Part shown: one piece after another, positions 53,902 to 63,405 of the stretch
Numbering within the stretch: the first letter of the stretch is position 1
How the letters are laid out: every line of letters begins with the position of its first letter
From: Eledone cirrhosa
Taxonomy: Eukaryota
Assembly: GCA_964016885.1 (NCBI GenBank)
Contig: OZ024743.1
Span: 293,880,001-293,944,000 of the forward strand
Direction: 5' to 3'
DNA: 64,000 bases
Notes under the pieces: model-generated
The model's input: only the letters and a program-made list of their open reading frames with translations
Told to the model about the DNA's origin: nothing
Databases searched by the model: none
Program-made: the position numbers and the translations under genes

Positions 53902-56900
53902 TTACAGATATATACTCAGAGTCGGCCCATTCACTCGAACCATTCTTGCTTCTCTCACCCATCTTTCAACAAAATGCTGGGAAGAGAGCACTTCCTTCTC
54001 TACTCTGATTTTCCTTTTCAAATGAAATTTGAAAAAGTCAATCAGAGCATCACCGAAGAGGTAAGTGCTCGTCTTCAGCCCTTTCAAACGTGTCCACCAT
54101 ACTATCTCTTTCGCCATGGCCACCAGACAGATAAAAACTGCCTGCCCTTCCCGGCTAAAGGAGGAGGGCGGGGCAATCCTCACGATAGACTCAGATGATA
54201 GCTGGATCCGTCCTAAACGCGACAGCAGGTGTTCGACATAAACCCACAAGTCAGCAATTTTCGGACACTGGACGAGTGCGTGCAGGACGGTTTCGTCGCC
54301 CTGCGCGCATCTCGGACATGCCCGGCTGACGGCACCTCCATGCCTGTAGAGTTTATCCCGAACTGGCAAGGCTCCTCGGTAGCACTGCCAGGCCAGAGAT
54401 TTCTGGAAGTTGTCCATAGGCCCTGGCCCGAAAGTTCTTCCGAAGAGATTGGCTAGTTGATTTTCGTCGACGCCTAGAGTTTCCCCAAGTACGTCGTCGC
54501 TCTTCCCCTCCACTAATCCTCTATAGAACGCCGAGGTGGAGTTTCCACCGATCACATTGCCCGATTGGTCGAGGGCTGTGAGCGCCTGAAGACATTCCAG
54601 TCTCCAGGCGCTCCCTCTCGGTCTTCGCTTGACCCAGGACTGCAGCTCCGTCAAGGAAACGAGCTGGGGAAAAACGCGTCTAGCAAACGGCGACCACACC
54701 TGATCACCGTCGAGGAAGAGGTGGAGATGTCGTAGCCTGAGCGCGTGCCTGCGCATCATCAGCCACGGCATGCCCAGCCCTCCACGTAGCGGGTGTTGAC
54801 AACAGATGGACCGCCTGACCATCGGAGCACGTCCCTTCCACAAAAAGCGAAAGAGCAAACGCTCCAGCGCAGTCAGGCGAGGCTTTTGACAAGGTACGAC
54901 GGTTAGGCGGTAGCAGATGACAGACGCGATGTACGCGTTAGCCACCTCCGCTCGACCTTTCAGGGATAGCTTCCTCTCCGCCCATTTCTGGGTGAGAGAA
55001 GCCACCCTGCTCGTCACCTCGTCCCAGTTTTTGTCCGTCTGGAGGTCCGGACCGAACCAGACCCCTAGCAATTTAACCGGTCCGTCCGTCCAGCGACCGA
55101 CGACGCTGTTGGACGGCATGGACCTTCCTCTCCAGGTGCCGAGCTGCAGGCCCACTGACGTTTCCTGGTTGATCATTGCTCCTGTCACCGCTTCGTATTC
55201 TCTTAGTGTAGTGCCGATCGCCTCGATGTGTTTGGCGTTCGACACCACTACGGTGACATCGTCCGCATATGCTGACACGGATCTTCCGCATCCTAGTTCG
55301 CGCGGGACTCCCCTCAACGTCTCCAGTTTGTGCAGTAATGGCTCGAGAGTCAATACGTACAAGAGGGACGAGAGGGGACATCCTTGGCGGACCGAGCGCA
55401 TGATGTTGAACGGTTCCGACAGGTGACCGTTCACTCTCACTACAGAGCAGATGTCGCTGTGCATGGCAGCGATCCAGCCTCTGAAGACGGGCCCAAAGCC
55501 AGCCGCCCTCAGGACTGCCGCTAGGTAACGATGGTCGACCCTATCGAAAGCTTTCGACTGATCTAAATTGATCAAGGACCCACCCGTGCCAGGTTCCCTA
55601 GCTACCCTCTCTACGATGTATCGCATGAGGTGGAGGTTGTCGTGGATGGATCTGTCGGGAATGGCGCATGTCTGCGCCTCTCCCACCAGACCACCAACGA
55701 CAAGCGCCAACCTCTTTGCTAGCACCTTGGCCAAAATCTTAAACTCTGTGTTTAGCAGAGTTATGGGCCGGAAATTGTCTATGTTATCCCCCTTGTTCGG
55801 ATCCTTTCTCAGCAGTGCTACCGCTCCTCGGCTCACAGAACTGGGAATTCTCCCGTTCTGTTGCCAGTTGCAGTAGACGTCCGCCAAGAGGCCTCCGAAC
55901 AAGTCTGGCATCTGTACGTAAAGTTCATAGGGCAGACCATCCAAACCAGGCGATTTACCCCTTGTGCAGCCAGTCATTGCCTCCCGTACTTCAGCGGCTG
56001 TTATCGGCTTTTCGCAACACTTCGCCTCAGTGGCCAAGAGCCGCAGCAGTCCGTCGAGGTAGACACTAAAGTCCATCCCTCTACCCGGCCCCCCGCTGCC
56101 CCCGAACAGCTGAGCGAAGTGTCGCTGAAAAGCTTCACACATTTGCCCGGGATCGAGTAGCATGCGCCCGTCGTGGTCCACCAAAGACCGGATCGTGGCT
56201 TTGTTGCCACGACGCGCCTCCGTCACTCGGGCCCATTGAACGGCTTTCGTCCCCTCGTGTCTGAGAGCACGCACCCTAGCTCTGACAACGCAGCCTTCGT
56301 GCTTTGCATTGAAGAATTGGTCAAGGGCCAATTTCGCCGCAAGCACGTCGGTCGCAATGCCTTTGCTAAGCGCCTCGTCTAATTTTCTAACTAGTTCTCC
56401 CTCTGCTCTATTGTTCTCTATTGCTAAAGCCTTATTAAACCTAATCGATTCTATTCTAATCGCTCTTTTCAGAGCAAACCACCACTTGTTGTTGACGATG
56501 GTCCCCGTCAACGCCCGCTTAACTAGTTCGCTAATTCGGTCTCTGTAGGCCTTGCGCGCTGGTAAGGACGCGTTTAGCTTCCAGTAGCCGGGTCCTCGTC
56601 TATGAAGCCTATCTAAATCAAGCACACAAGTCACGAATTTGTGGTCCGTGTAGCTGACTATCTTGAATTGTGGACAGCCTATGCTAGACCTATCTATTTC
56701 CCTACAAAATACTCTATCTAGATATGATCTGGATGACCCTATGCGGTTTGTCCAAGTCCACATGGGCACATTCGGGAAATCCAATCGGTACCTGTCAGAC
56801 AGTTCAAAACGCCTGAGCAGGTTGGTGAGGCTCTTGCACCCTCCACCCCTATCCGCTAATCCCACACAGTCCCAGCGTGCATGTAAGATCCCGTTCCAGT

Positions 56901-57321
56901 CGCCCACTAACACTAAAGAGCGGGACGTTCCAAGAAAGGTCTCCAGACGCCGGAAGAAATCAGGCCGCCCTGCTCCTGTCGGGGCATAGACGGCCACTAG
57001 CCTGAAAGCTTGCCCGTCTCCGCTGGTCACGTCCAGCACCACCAGCTTACCCTCTGGGTCCAGGAAGATGGCCCGTATGGCGAGATCCAAACCTCTCCGA
57101 AAAAGCACAGCAACTCCTCCACCCGATCCAGGACGGCTGGGAGATGCGTACACATCGTAGCCGCCGAAGATCGGTGCGAAGGCCCGTGCTTCGGAGATTC
57201 TGGTCTCGCTGATGGCCACTAAATCTATGTTTAGTGACCTGAGGTCGTTGAGCAGGTGACCCTGCTTCCATGACGACCCCAAGCCACGCGCATTTATGCT
57301 GCCTATTCTGAGTGAGGTCAT
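53902..57321 (-). CDS. E4 ORF2, 1139 aa: APE, RT and CCHC
   Basis: Same catalytic motifs as E3 (GDWN, TDH, QGCPLS, YADD, CPRC..H..QC). Confidence 0.96.
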   Translation of the reverse strand: MTSLRIGSINARGLGSSWKQGHLLNDLRSLNIDLVAISETRISEARAFAPIFGGYDVYASPSRPGSGGGVAVLFRRGLDLAIRAIFLDPEGKLVVLDVTSGDGQAFRLVAVYAPTGAGRPDFFRRLETFLGTSRSLVLVGDWNGILHARWDCVGLADRGGGCKSLTNLLRRFELSDRYRLDFPNVPMWTWTNRIGSSRSYLDRVFCREIDRSSIGCPQFKIVSYTDHKFVTCVLDLDRLHRRGPGYWKLNASLPARKAYRDRISELVKRALTGTIVNNKWWFALKRAIRIESIRFNKALAIENNRAEGELVRKLDEALSKGIATDVLAAKLALDQFFNAKHEGCVVRARVRALRHEGTKAVQWARVTEARRGNKATIRSLVDHDGRMLLDPGQMCEAFQRHFAQLFGGSGGPGRGMDFSVYLDGLLRLLATEAKCCEKPITAAEVREAMTGCTRGKSPGLDGLPYELYVQMPDLFGGLLADVYCNWQQNGRIPSSVSRGAVALLRKDPNKGDNIDNFRPITLLNTEFKILAKVLAKRLALVVGGLVGEAQTCAIPDRSIHDNLHLMRYIVERVAREPGTGGSLINLDQSKAFDRVDHRYLAAVLRAAGFGPVFRGWIAAMHSDICSVVRVNGHLSEPFNIMRSVRQGCPLSSLLYVLTLEPLLHKLETLRGVPRELGCGRSVSAYADDVTVVVSNAKHIEAIGTTLREYEAVTGAMINQETSVGLQLGTWRGRSMPSNSVVGRWTDGPVKLLGVWFGPDLQTDKNWDEVTSRVASLTQKWAERKLSLKGRAEVANAYIASVICYRLTVVPCQKPRLTALERLLFRFLWKGRAPMVRRSICCQHPLRGGLGMPWLMMRRHALRLRHLHLFLDGDQVWSPFARRVFPQLVSLTELQSWVKRRPRGSAWRLECLQALTALDQSGNVIGGNSTSAFYRGLVEGKSDDVLGETLGVDENQLANLFGRTFGPGPMDNFQKSLAWQCYRGALPVRDKLYRHGGAVSRACPRCAQGDETVLHALVQCPKIADLWVYVEHLLSRLGRIQLSSESIVRIAPPSSFSREGQAVFICLVAMAKEIVWWTRLKGLKTSTYLFGDALIDFFKFHLKRKIRVEKEVLSSQHFVERWVREARMVRVNGPTLSIYL

Positions 57322-57356
57322 GTTTAAAATAGAGTGGAAAAGATGGGAAAGACCAC

Positions 57357-59453
57357 TTACCGTACTTTTGGTAGAGGAGGGATGGTTTTTACATCCCTTT
57401 TCACTTGATCGTCTGGTGAAGGGACCGTTGAATCGTCCCTTCGGCTGGTCGTCGGCTCTTCTAAGAGAATGTCTGAATATACTCTTCGATTAATGGTTCC
57501 TCCTAGGTCCCTGAAATCACCAACTGCGTTGGGGAATTTCGTTTTAATGTTTGTGTATTGTTTCTGTGCTATTTTTAGCAGTCTTATGTTAGTTGGCGTT
57601 TTGATTGGTGCTGGTATTATGTAGTCCTGTTGTGAAATGTCTGTGTGTTCAATTATGTAAGTCATTAGTTTCTTGTTGTGTGTGTTTATTGCCGTGCATT
57701 TGTTTTTCTGGGGGTGGGGTGTGGTTCTGCTATTTTCTTGTCGTTGTTGCTGGGTGTGTGTGTTTTGTTGTTGTGTTTGCGATGTTGGTGCTTGTGGTGG
57801 TGGTGTTGAAGGTGTTGTTGGCGGTGGGGTTGTCGCCGGTGGTGATGGTGGTGCTGGTGTGGGTGGTGATGGTGTTGGTGGTGTTGCTGCTGTGGGTCTC
57901 TTTGCAGTAGACTTTACCCTTTTCTCATTTCTTTCCTCCCTTTTCAAAGGCGACGATGCGCTGCTTCTCCGTTTGTGCCTTCTTGCGACCTTTTGCCATC
58001 CCTCTCCCACCTCACACTCCATGTCTGATTCTGTAAGGTCGGGGAGGGGTACCAGCTCCACTCTTTCACTTGTTGTTGTTGGTGATGTTTGCACTGGAGT
58101 CTCTGTTGCAGCTGCATTTGGTATTGCTGTTGTTGTTGTTAATATTTCCACTGCTGCTGCTGTCTTTGATTTCCGTGGAGTGGGTATGGGTACCATGGAC
58201 CTATCGTTCCTGGTTGCCGCTTGTCCTGTTGCTGGTAGCCGTGGAGCCGGATTCGGAAGGAGGGGGGTTTTCTCCTTTCTCAGGGTCTTCTCGTTGCAGA
58301 AGGCCCTGAGGTGAGTCTTCGATCCACAGCGAAAGCATTTCGGGCGTTTGCCCTCAACACTTATGGGCAGTTGAGTGCCGTTATCGAAGTCTATCACATC
58401 CGGGATAGCTTCGATGCACTCCTGGTTGGTTTGGATTAGCATCTCAATGGAGGAGCCGACCCAATCTTCTCTTACTTTTTTCTGTACTTGCAGTACAGTT
58501 GTTTTGTCCTCGATTCCGACGAGGACAGACGCGGCCAGCCAAGAAGGGGTCATTCCGGGTGGGACGTGGGTCAGTTTTACCCTCACAATTTTTTGCCCGC
58601 AGTAGGAGGGCACCAACACCATTTCCTCGCTCCTTAGGGTCACTACTGATTGGGCCTTTGCCTCCTGGGGTGTGGCAAAAAGTACGTCTACGGTGGCGTA
58701 TTTTTTGCCTCGGGTGATGTGCGTTTTCCTCTGCCACACAGACCCCAAGGCTTTTTGTATTTGGGCCTCTGTGGCTCTTTCCACCCTACGGGATTTTGTA
58801 CTTACTGTACGGTACGTGACCGTACAGTGCTCTTGGGTTTTGAAAAAATTTTTCGCTGCCTTGCAGATTGCTCGGTGTCCGTTCTTTGTCACCATCTTCT
58901 TCGCTTCCTCTAATTCCTCATTTGTTATGAGGATTGTTTCCAAGTTTTTCGCAATACCTGCAAATGAGATTGGTTTTTCTCTGCTGTTGTTGTTGTCGTC
59001 AGAGCTGCTGGTACTTTTGTTGTTGCTGCAGGTACTACGACTACTGCCTCCGCCGCTGTTGCTGTGGTTGTTGTTGGTGTTGCTGCTGCTAATGCTGTTG
59101 TTGTTTATGCTGCTGGTGATGCTGTTGCGGCTGCTACTGTTGTTTTCATTGTCACTGTTGCTGTTGTTATTACGGCTGCTACTGCTATTATTCCTGACGT
59201 CAGACGAATGAACTGGGTTTTCGTATTTCCCGCACACCTGTTTCGTCGCTGTCGTCGTCGTCGTGGAGAAACCTTGCACGCTTTGCACGAGACTTTTCTT
59301 TTCTTTCGTCGCTTGCGAAAGAGAAGGGAGGGAGAGAGACACATTTAAAGAAGGGAGGGAGAGAGACGATCTTCTCTCTGCTGTAGTGATGATTGAGGAA
59401 GAAGAAGACGGAATGAGTGGGAGTGACGTATGAAATTTCTTTTTCGTAGCCAT
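57357..59453 (-). CDS. E4 ORF1 (ATG at 59453, MATKKK...)
   Basis: AAAAAAACATG start context, poly-N/S tract and CFRCGSKTHLRAFC knuckle. Confidence 0.9.
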   Translation of the reverse strand: MATKKKFHTSLPLIPSSSSSIITTAERRSSLSLPSLNVSLSLPSLSQATKEKKSLVQSVQGFSTTTTTATKQVCGKYENPVHSSDVRNNSSSSRNNNSNSDNENNSSSRNSITSSINNNSISSSNTNNNHSNSGGGSSRSTCSNNKSTSSSDDNNNSREKPISFAGIAKNLETILITNEELEEAKKMVTKNGHRAICKAAKNFFKTQEHCTVTYRTVSTKSRRVERATEAQIQKALGSVWQRKTHITRGKKYATVDVLFATPQEAKAQSVVTLRSEEMVLVPSYCGQKIVRVKLTHVPPGMTPSWLAASVLVGIEDKTTVLQVQKKVREDWVGSSIEMLIQTNQECIEAIPDVIDFDNGTQLPISVEGKRPKCFRCGSKTHLRAFCNEKTLRKEKTPLLPNPAPRLPATGQAATRNDRSMVPIPTPRKSKTAAAVEILTTTTAIPNAAATETPVQTSPTTTSERVELVPLPDLTESDMECEVGEGWQKVARRHKRRSSASSPLKREERNEKRVKSTAKRPTAATPPTPSPPTPAPPSPPATTPPPTTPSTPPPQAPTSQTQQQNTHTQQQRQENSRTTPHPQKNKCTAINTHNKKLMTYIIEHTDISQQDYIIPAPIKTPTNIRLLKIAQKQYTNIKTKFPNAVGDFRDLGGTINRRVYSDILLEEPTTSRRDDSTVPSPDDQVKRDVKTIPPLPKVR

Positions 59454-59666
59454 GTTTTTTTGTTTAAAATGAAATTTTGGGTACAAAACCCCAATAACTG
59501 GTTATTTAACCCCGAAGGGCCAAATAACGGACAGAAAGACCCCTCTCACGAGGAGGAGGGTGTCTTTATCAACAATTTGGTTCAAGTTTTAAACAATTTA
59601 CAATTGTTTTAACGGTTAAAAATTACTATACCTTACAGAGCCGAGCCTCCGTCAACCATGGCATTC

Positions 59667-59709
<43 letters not shown>

Positions 59710-59952
59710 TTTTCTTTATTAACCACAAGGGTTTACATAAAGTAGACATTAAGGACAGTACATGACAATACAGGACGGTACAAATGGGCATTTCTGCGTG
59801 TAGAAAAACAGAGGATGAAATAAAATAACAAAGAAAGAATTCCCCAATAGGGGGGAGACTTCCGAGGGACATTTGTGGAGAAAGCCCATTAAAAAACCAC
59901 AGTGGCCCTGACCACCAGGGCAAGTGCCCTCTCCCAGTTTTCCACCTTTAAT

Positions 59953-62900
59953 TTACAGACACATACTCAGAGAAGGCCCATTCATTCGGGCCATACTTGC
60001 TTCTCTCACCCATCTTTCAACAAAATGCTGGGAAGAGAGCACTTCCCTCTCTACCCTGATTTTCCTTTTCAAATGAAATTTGAAAAAGTTAATCAGGGCA
60101 TCACCGAAGAGGTAAGTGCTCGTCTTCAGCCCTTTCAAACGTGTCCACCATACTATCTCTTTCGCCATGGCCACCAGACAGATAAAAACTGCCTGCCCTT
60201 CCAGGCTAAAGGAAGGGGGCGGGGCAATCCTCACGATGGACTCAGCTGATAGCTGGATCCGTCCTACACGTGACAGCAGGTGTTCGACATAAACCCACAA
60301 GTCAGCAATGCTCGGACACTGGACGAGTGCGTGCAGGACGGTTTCGTCGCCCTGCGCGCATCTCGGACATGTCCGGCTGACGGCACCTCCATGCCTGTAG
60401 AGTTTATCCCGAACTGGCAAAGCTCCTCGGTAGCACTGCCAGGCCAGGGATTTCTGGAAGTTGTCCATAGGCCCCGGCCCGAAAGTCCTTCCGAAGAGAT
60501 TGGCTAGTTGATTTTCGTCGACGCCTAGAGTTTCTCCAAGTACGTCGTCGCTCTTCCCCTCCACTAATCCCCTATAGAACGCCAAGGTGGAGTTTCCACC
60601 GATCACATTGCCCGATTGGTCGAGGGCTGTGAGCGCCTGAAGACATTCCAGTCTCCAAGCGCTCCCTCTCGGTCTTCGCTTGACCCAGGACTGCAGCTCC
60701 GTCAAGGAGACGAGCTGGGGAAAAACGTGTCTTGCAAACGGCGACCACACCTGATCACCGTCGAGGAAGTGGTGGAGATGTCGTAGCCTGAGCGCGTGTC
60801 TGCGCATCATCAGCCACGGCATGCCCAGCCCTCCACGTAGCGGGTGTTGACAGCAGATGGACCGCCTGACCATCGGAGCGCGTCCCTTCCACAAGAAGCG
60901 AAAGAGCAAACGCTCCAGCGCAGTCAGGCGGGGCTTAGGACAAGGTACGACGGTCAGGCGGTAGTAGATGACGGATGCGATGTACGCATTCGCCACCTCC
61001 GCTCGACCTTTCAGGGATAGCTTCCTCTCGGCCCATTTCTGGGTGAGAGAAGCCACCCTGCTCGTCACCTCGTCCCAGTTTTTGCCGTCTGGAGTTCTGG
61101 ACCGAACCAGACCCCTAGCAATTTAACCGGTCCGTCCGTCCAGCGCCCGACGACGCTGTTGGACGGCATGGACCTGCCTCTCCAGGTGCCGAGCTGCAGG
61201 CCCACTGACTTTTCCTGGTTGATCATTGCTCCTGTCACCGCTTCGTATTCTCTTAGTGTAGTGCCGATCGCCTCGATGTGTTTGGCGTTCGACACCACTA
61301 CGGTGACATCGTCGGCATATGCTGACACGGATCTTCCGCATCCTAGTTCGCGCGGGACCCCCCTCAACGTCTCCAGTTTGTGCAGTAATGGCTCGAGAGT
61401 CAATACGTACAATAGGGACGAGAGGGGACATCCTTGGCGGACCGAGCGCATGATGTTGAACGGTTCCGAAAGGTGACCGTTCACTCTCACTACAGAGCAG
61501 ATGTCGCTGTGCATGGCAGCGATCCAGCCTCTGAAGACGGGCCCAAAGCCAGCCGCCCTCAGGACTGCCGCTAGGTAACGATGGTCGACCCTATCGAAGG
61601 CTTTCGACTGATCTAAATTGATCAAAGACCCACCCGTGCCAGGTTCCCTAGCTACCCTCTCTACGATGTATCGCATGAGGTGGAGGTTGTCGTGGATGGA
61701 TCTGTCGGGAATGGCGCATGTCTGTGCCTCACCCACCAGACCACCAACGACAAGCGCCAACCTCTTTGCTAGCACCTTGGCCAAAATCTTGAACTCTGTG
61801 TTTAGCAGAGTTATGGGCCTAAAATTATCTATGTTATCCCCCTTGTTCGGATCCTTTCTCAGCAGCGCCACCGCTCCTCGTCTCACAGAGCTGGGAATTC
61901 TCCCATTCTGTTGCCAGTTGCAGTAGACGTCCGCCAAGAGGCCTCCGAACAAGTTTGGCATTTGTACGTAAAGTTCATAGGGCAGACCATCCAAACCAGG
62001 CGATTTACCCCTTGTGCAACTAGTCATTGCATCCCGTACTTCAGCGGTTGTTATCGGCTTTTCGCAACACTCCGCCTCAGTGGCCGAAAGCCGCGGCAGT
62101 CCGTCGAGGTAGACACTAAAGTCCATCCCTCGATCCGGCCCGCCACTGCCCCCGAACAGTTGAGCGAAGTGTTGCTGAAAAGCTTCACACATTTGCCCGG
62201 GATCGAGTAGCATGCGCCCGTCGTGGTCCACCAAAGACCGGATCGTGGCTTTGTTGCCACGACGCGCCTCCGCCACTCGGGCCCATTGAACGGCTTTCGT
62301 CCCCTCGTGTCTGAGAGCACGCACCCTAGCTCTGACAACGCAGCCTTCGTGCTTTGCATTGAAGAATTGGTCAAGGGCCAATTTCGCCGCAAGCACGTCG
62401 GTCGCGATGCCTTTGCTAAGCGCCTCATCTAATTTTCTAACTAATTCTCCCTCTGCTCTATTTTTCTCTATTGCTAAAGTCTTACTAAACCTAATGGACT
62501 CTATTCTAATTGCTCTTTTCAGAGCAAACCACCACTTTTTGTTGACGATGGCCCCCGTCAACGCCCGCTTAACTAGTTCGCTAATCCGGTCTCTGTAGGC
62601 CTTGCGCGCTGGTAAGGACGCGTTTAACTTCCAGTAGCCGGGTCCTCGTCTATGAAGCCTATCTAAGTCAAGCACACAGATCACGAATTTGTGGTCCGTG
62701 TAGCTGACTATCTTGAATTGTGGACAGCCTATGCTAGACCTATCTATTTCCCTACAAAATACTCTATCTAGATATGATCTGGATGACCCTATGCGATTTG
62801 TCCAAGTCCACATGGGTACATTCGGGAAATCCATTCGGTACCTGTCAGACAGTTCAAAACGTCTGAGCAGGTTGGTGAGACTCTTGCACGCTCCTTCCCT

Positions 62901-63371
62901 ATCCACTAATCCCACACAATCCCAGCGTGCATCTAAGATCCCGTTCCAGTCGCCCACTAACACTAAAGAGCGGGACGTTCCAAGAAAGGTCTCCAGACGC
63001 CGGAAGAAATCAGGCCGCCCTGCTCCTGTCGGGGCATAGACGGCCACTAACCTGAAAGCTTGCCCGTCTCCGCTGGTCACGTCCAGCACCACCAACTTAC
63101 CTTCTGGGTTCAGGAAGATGGCCCGTATGGCAAGATCCAAACCTCTCCGCAAAAGCACAGCAACTCCTCCCCCCGATCCCGAACGGCTGGGAGATGCGTA
63201 TACATCGTAGCCGCCGAAGATCGGTGCGAAAGCCTGTGCTTCGGAGATTCTGGTCTCGCTGATGGCCACTACATCTATGTTTAGTGACCTGAGGTCGTTG
63301 AGCAGGTGGCCCTGCTTCCATGACGACCCCAAGCCACGCGCATTTATGCTGCCCATTCTGAGTGAGGTCAT
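59953..63371 (-). pseudogene. E5 ORF2 with a single 1-bp frameshift near 61085 (mutation or sequencing error)
   Basis: ORFs 63371-61065 and 61068-59953 together are nearly identical to E4 ORF2. Confidence 0.9.
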
Positions 63372-63405
63372 GTTGAAAAGGAGTGGAAAAGATGGGAAAG
63401 ACCAC

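Larger units (their letters stand above)
53640..59666 (-). mobile_element. Tx1/L1-like retrotransposon E4, full length and intact
   Basis: Two uninterrupted ORFs, 213-nt 5'UTR and (AAT)n flanks. Confidence 0.95.

Noticed and set aside
33988-61090. E1 and E5 ORF2 both frameshift near WFGP..KTGTR (possible programmed frameshift)
   Set aside because: The lesions differ (a larger deletion in E1, 1 bp in E5), and E3/E4 are uninterrupted there
48241-63284. Recurrent plus-strand ORFs antisense to ORF2
   Set aside because: Shadow frames of conserved GC-rich coding sequence, repeated because the elements are homologous
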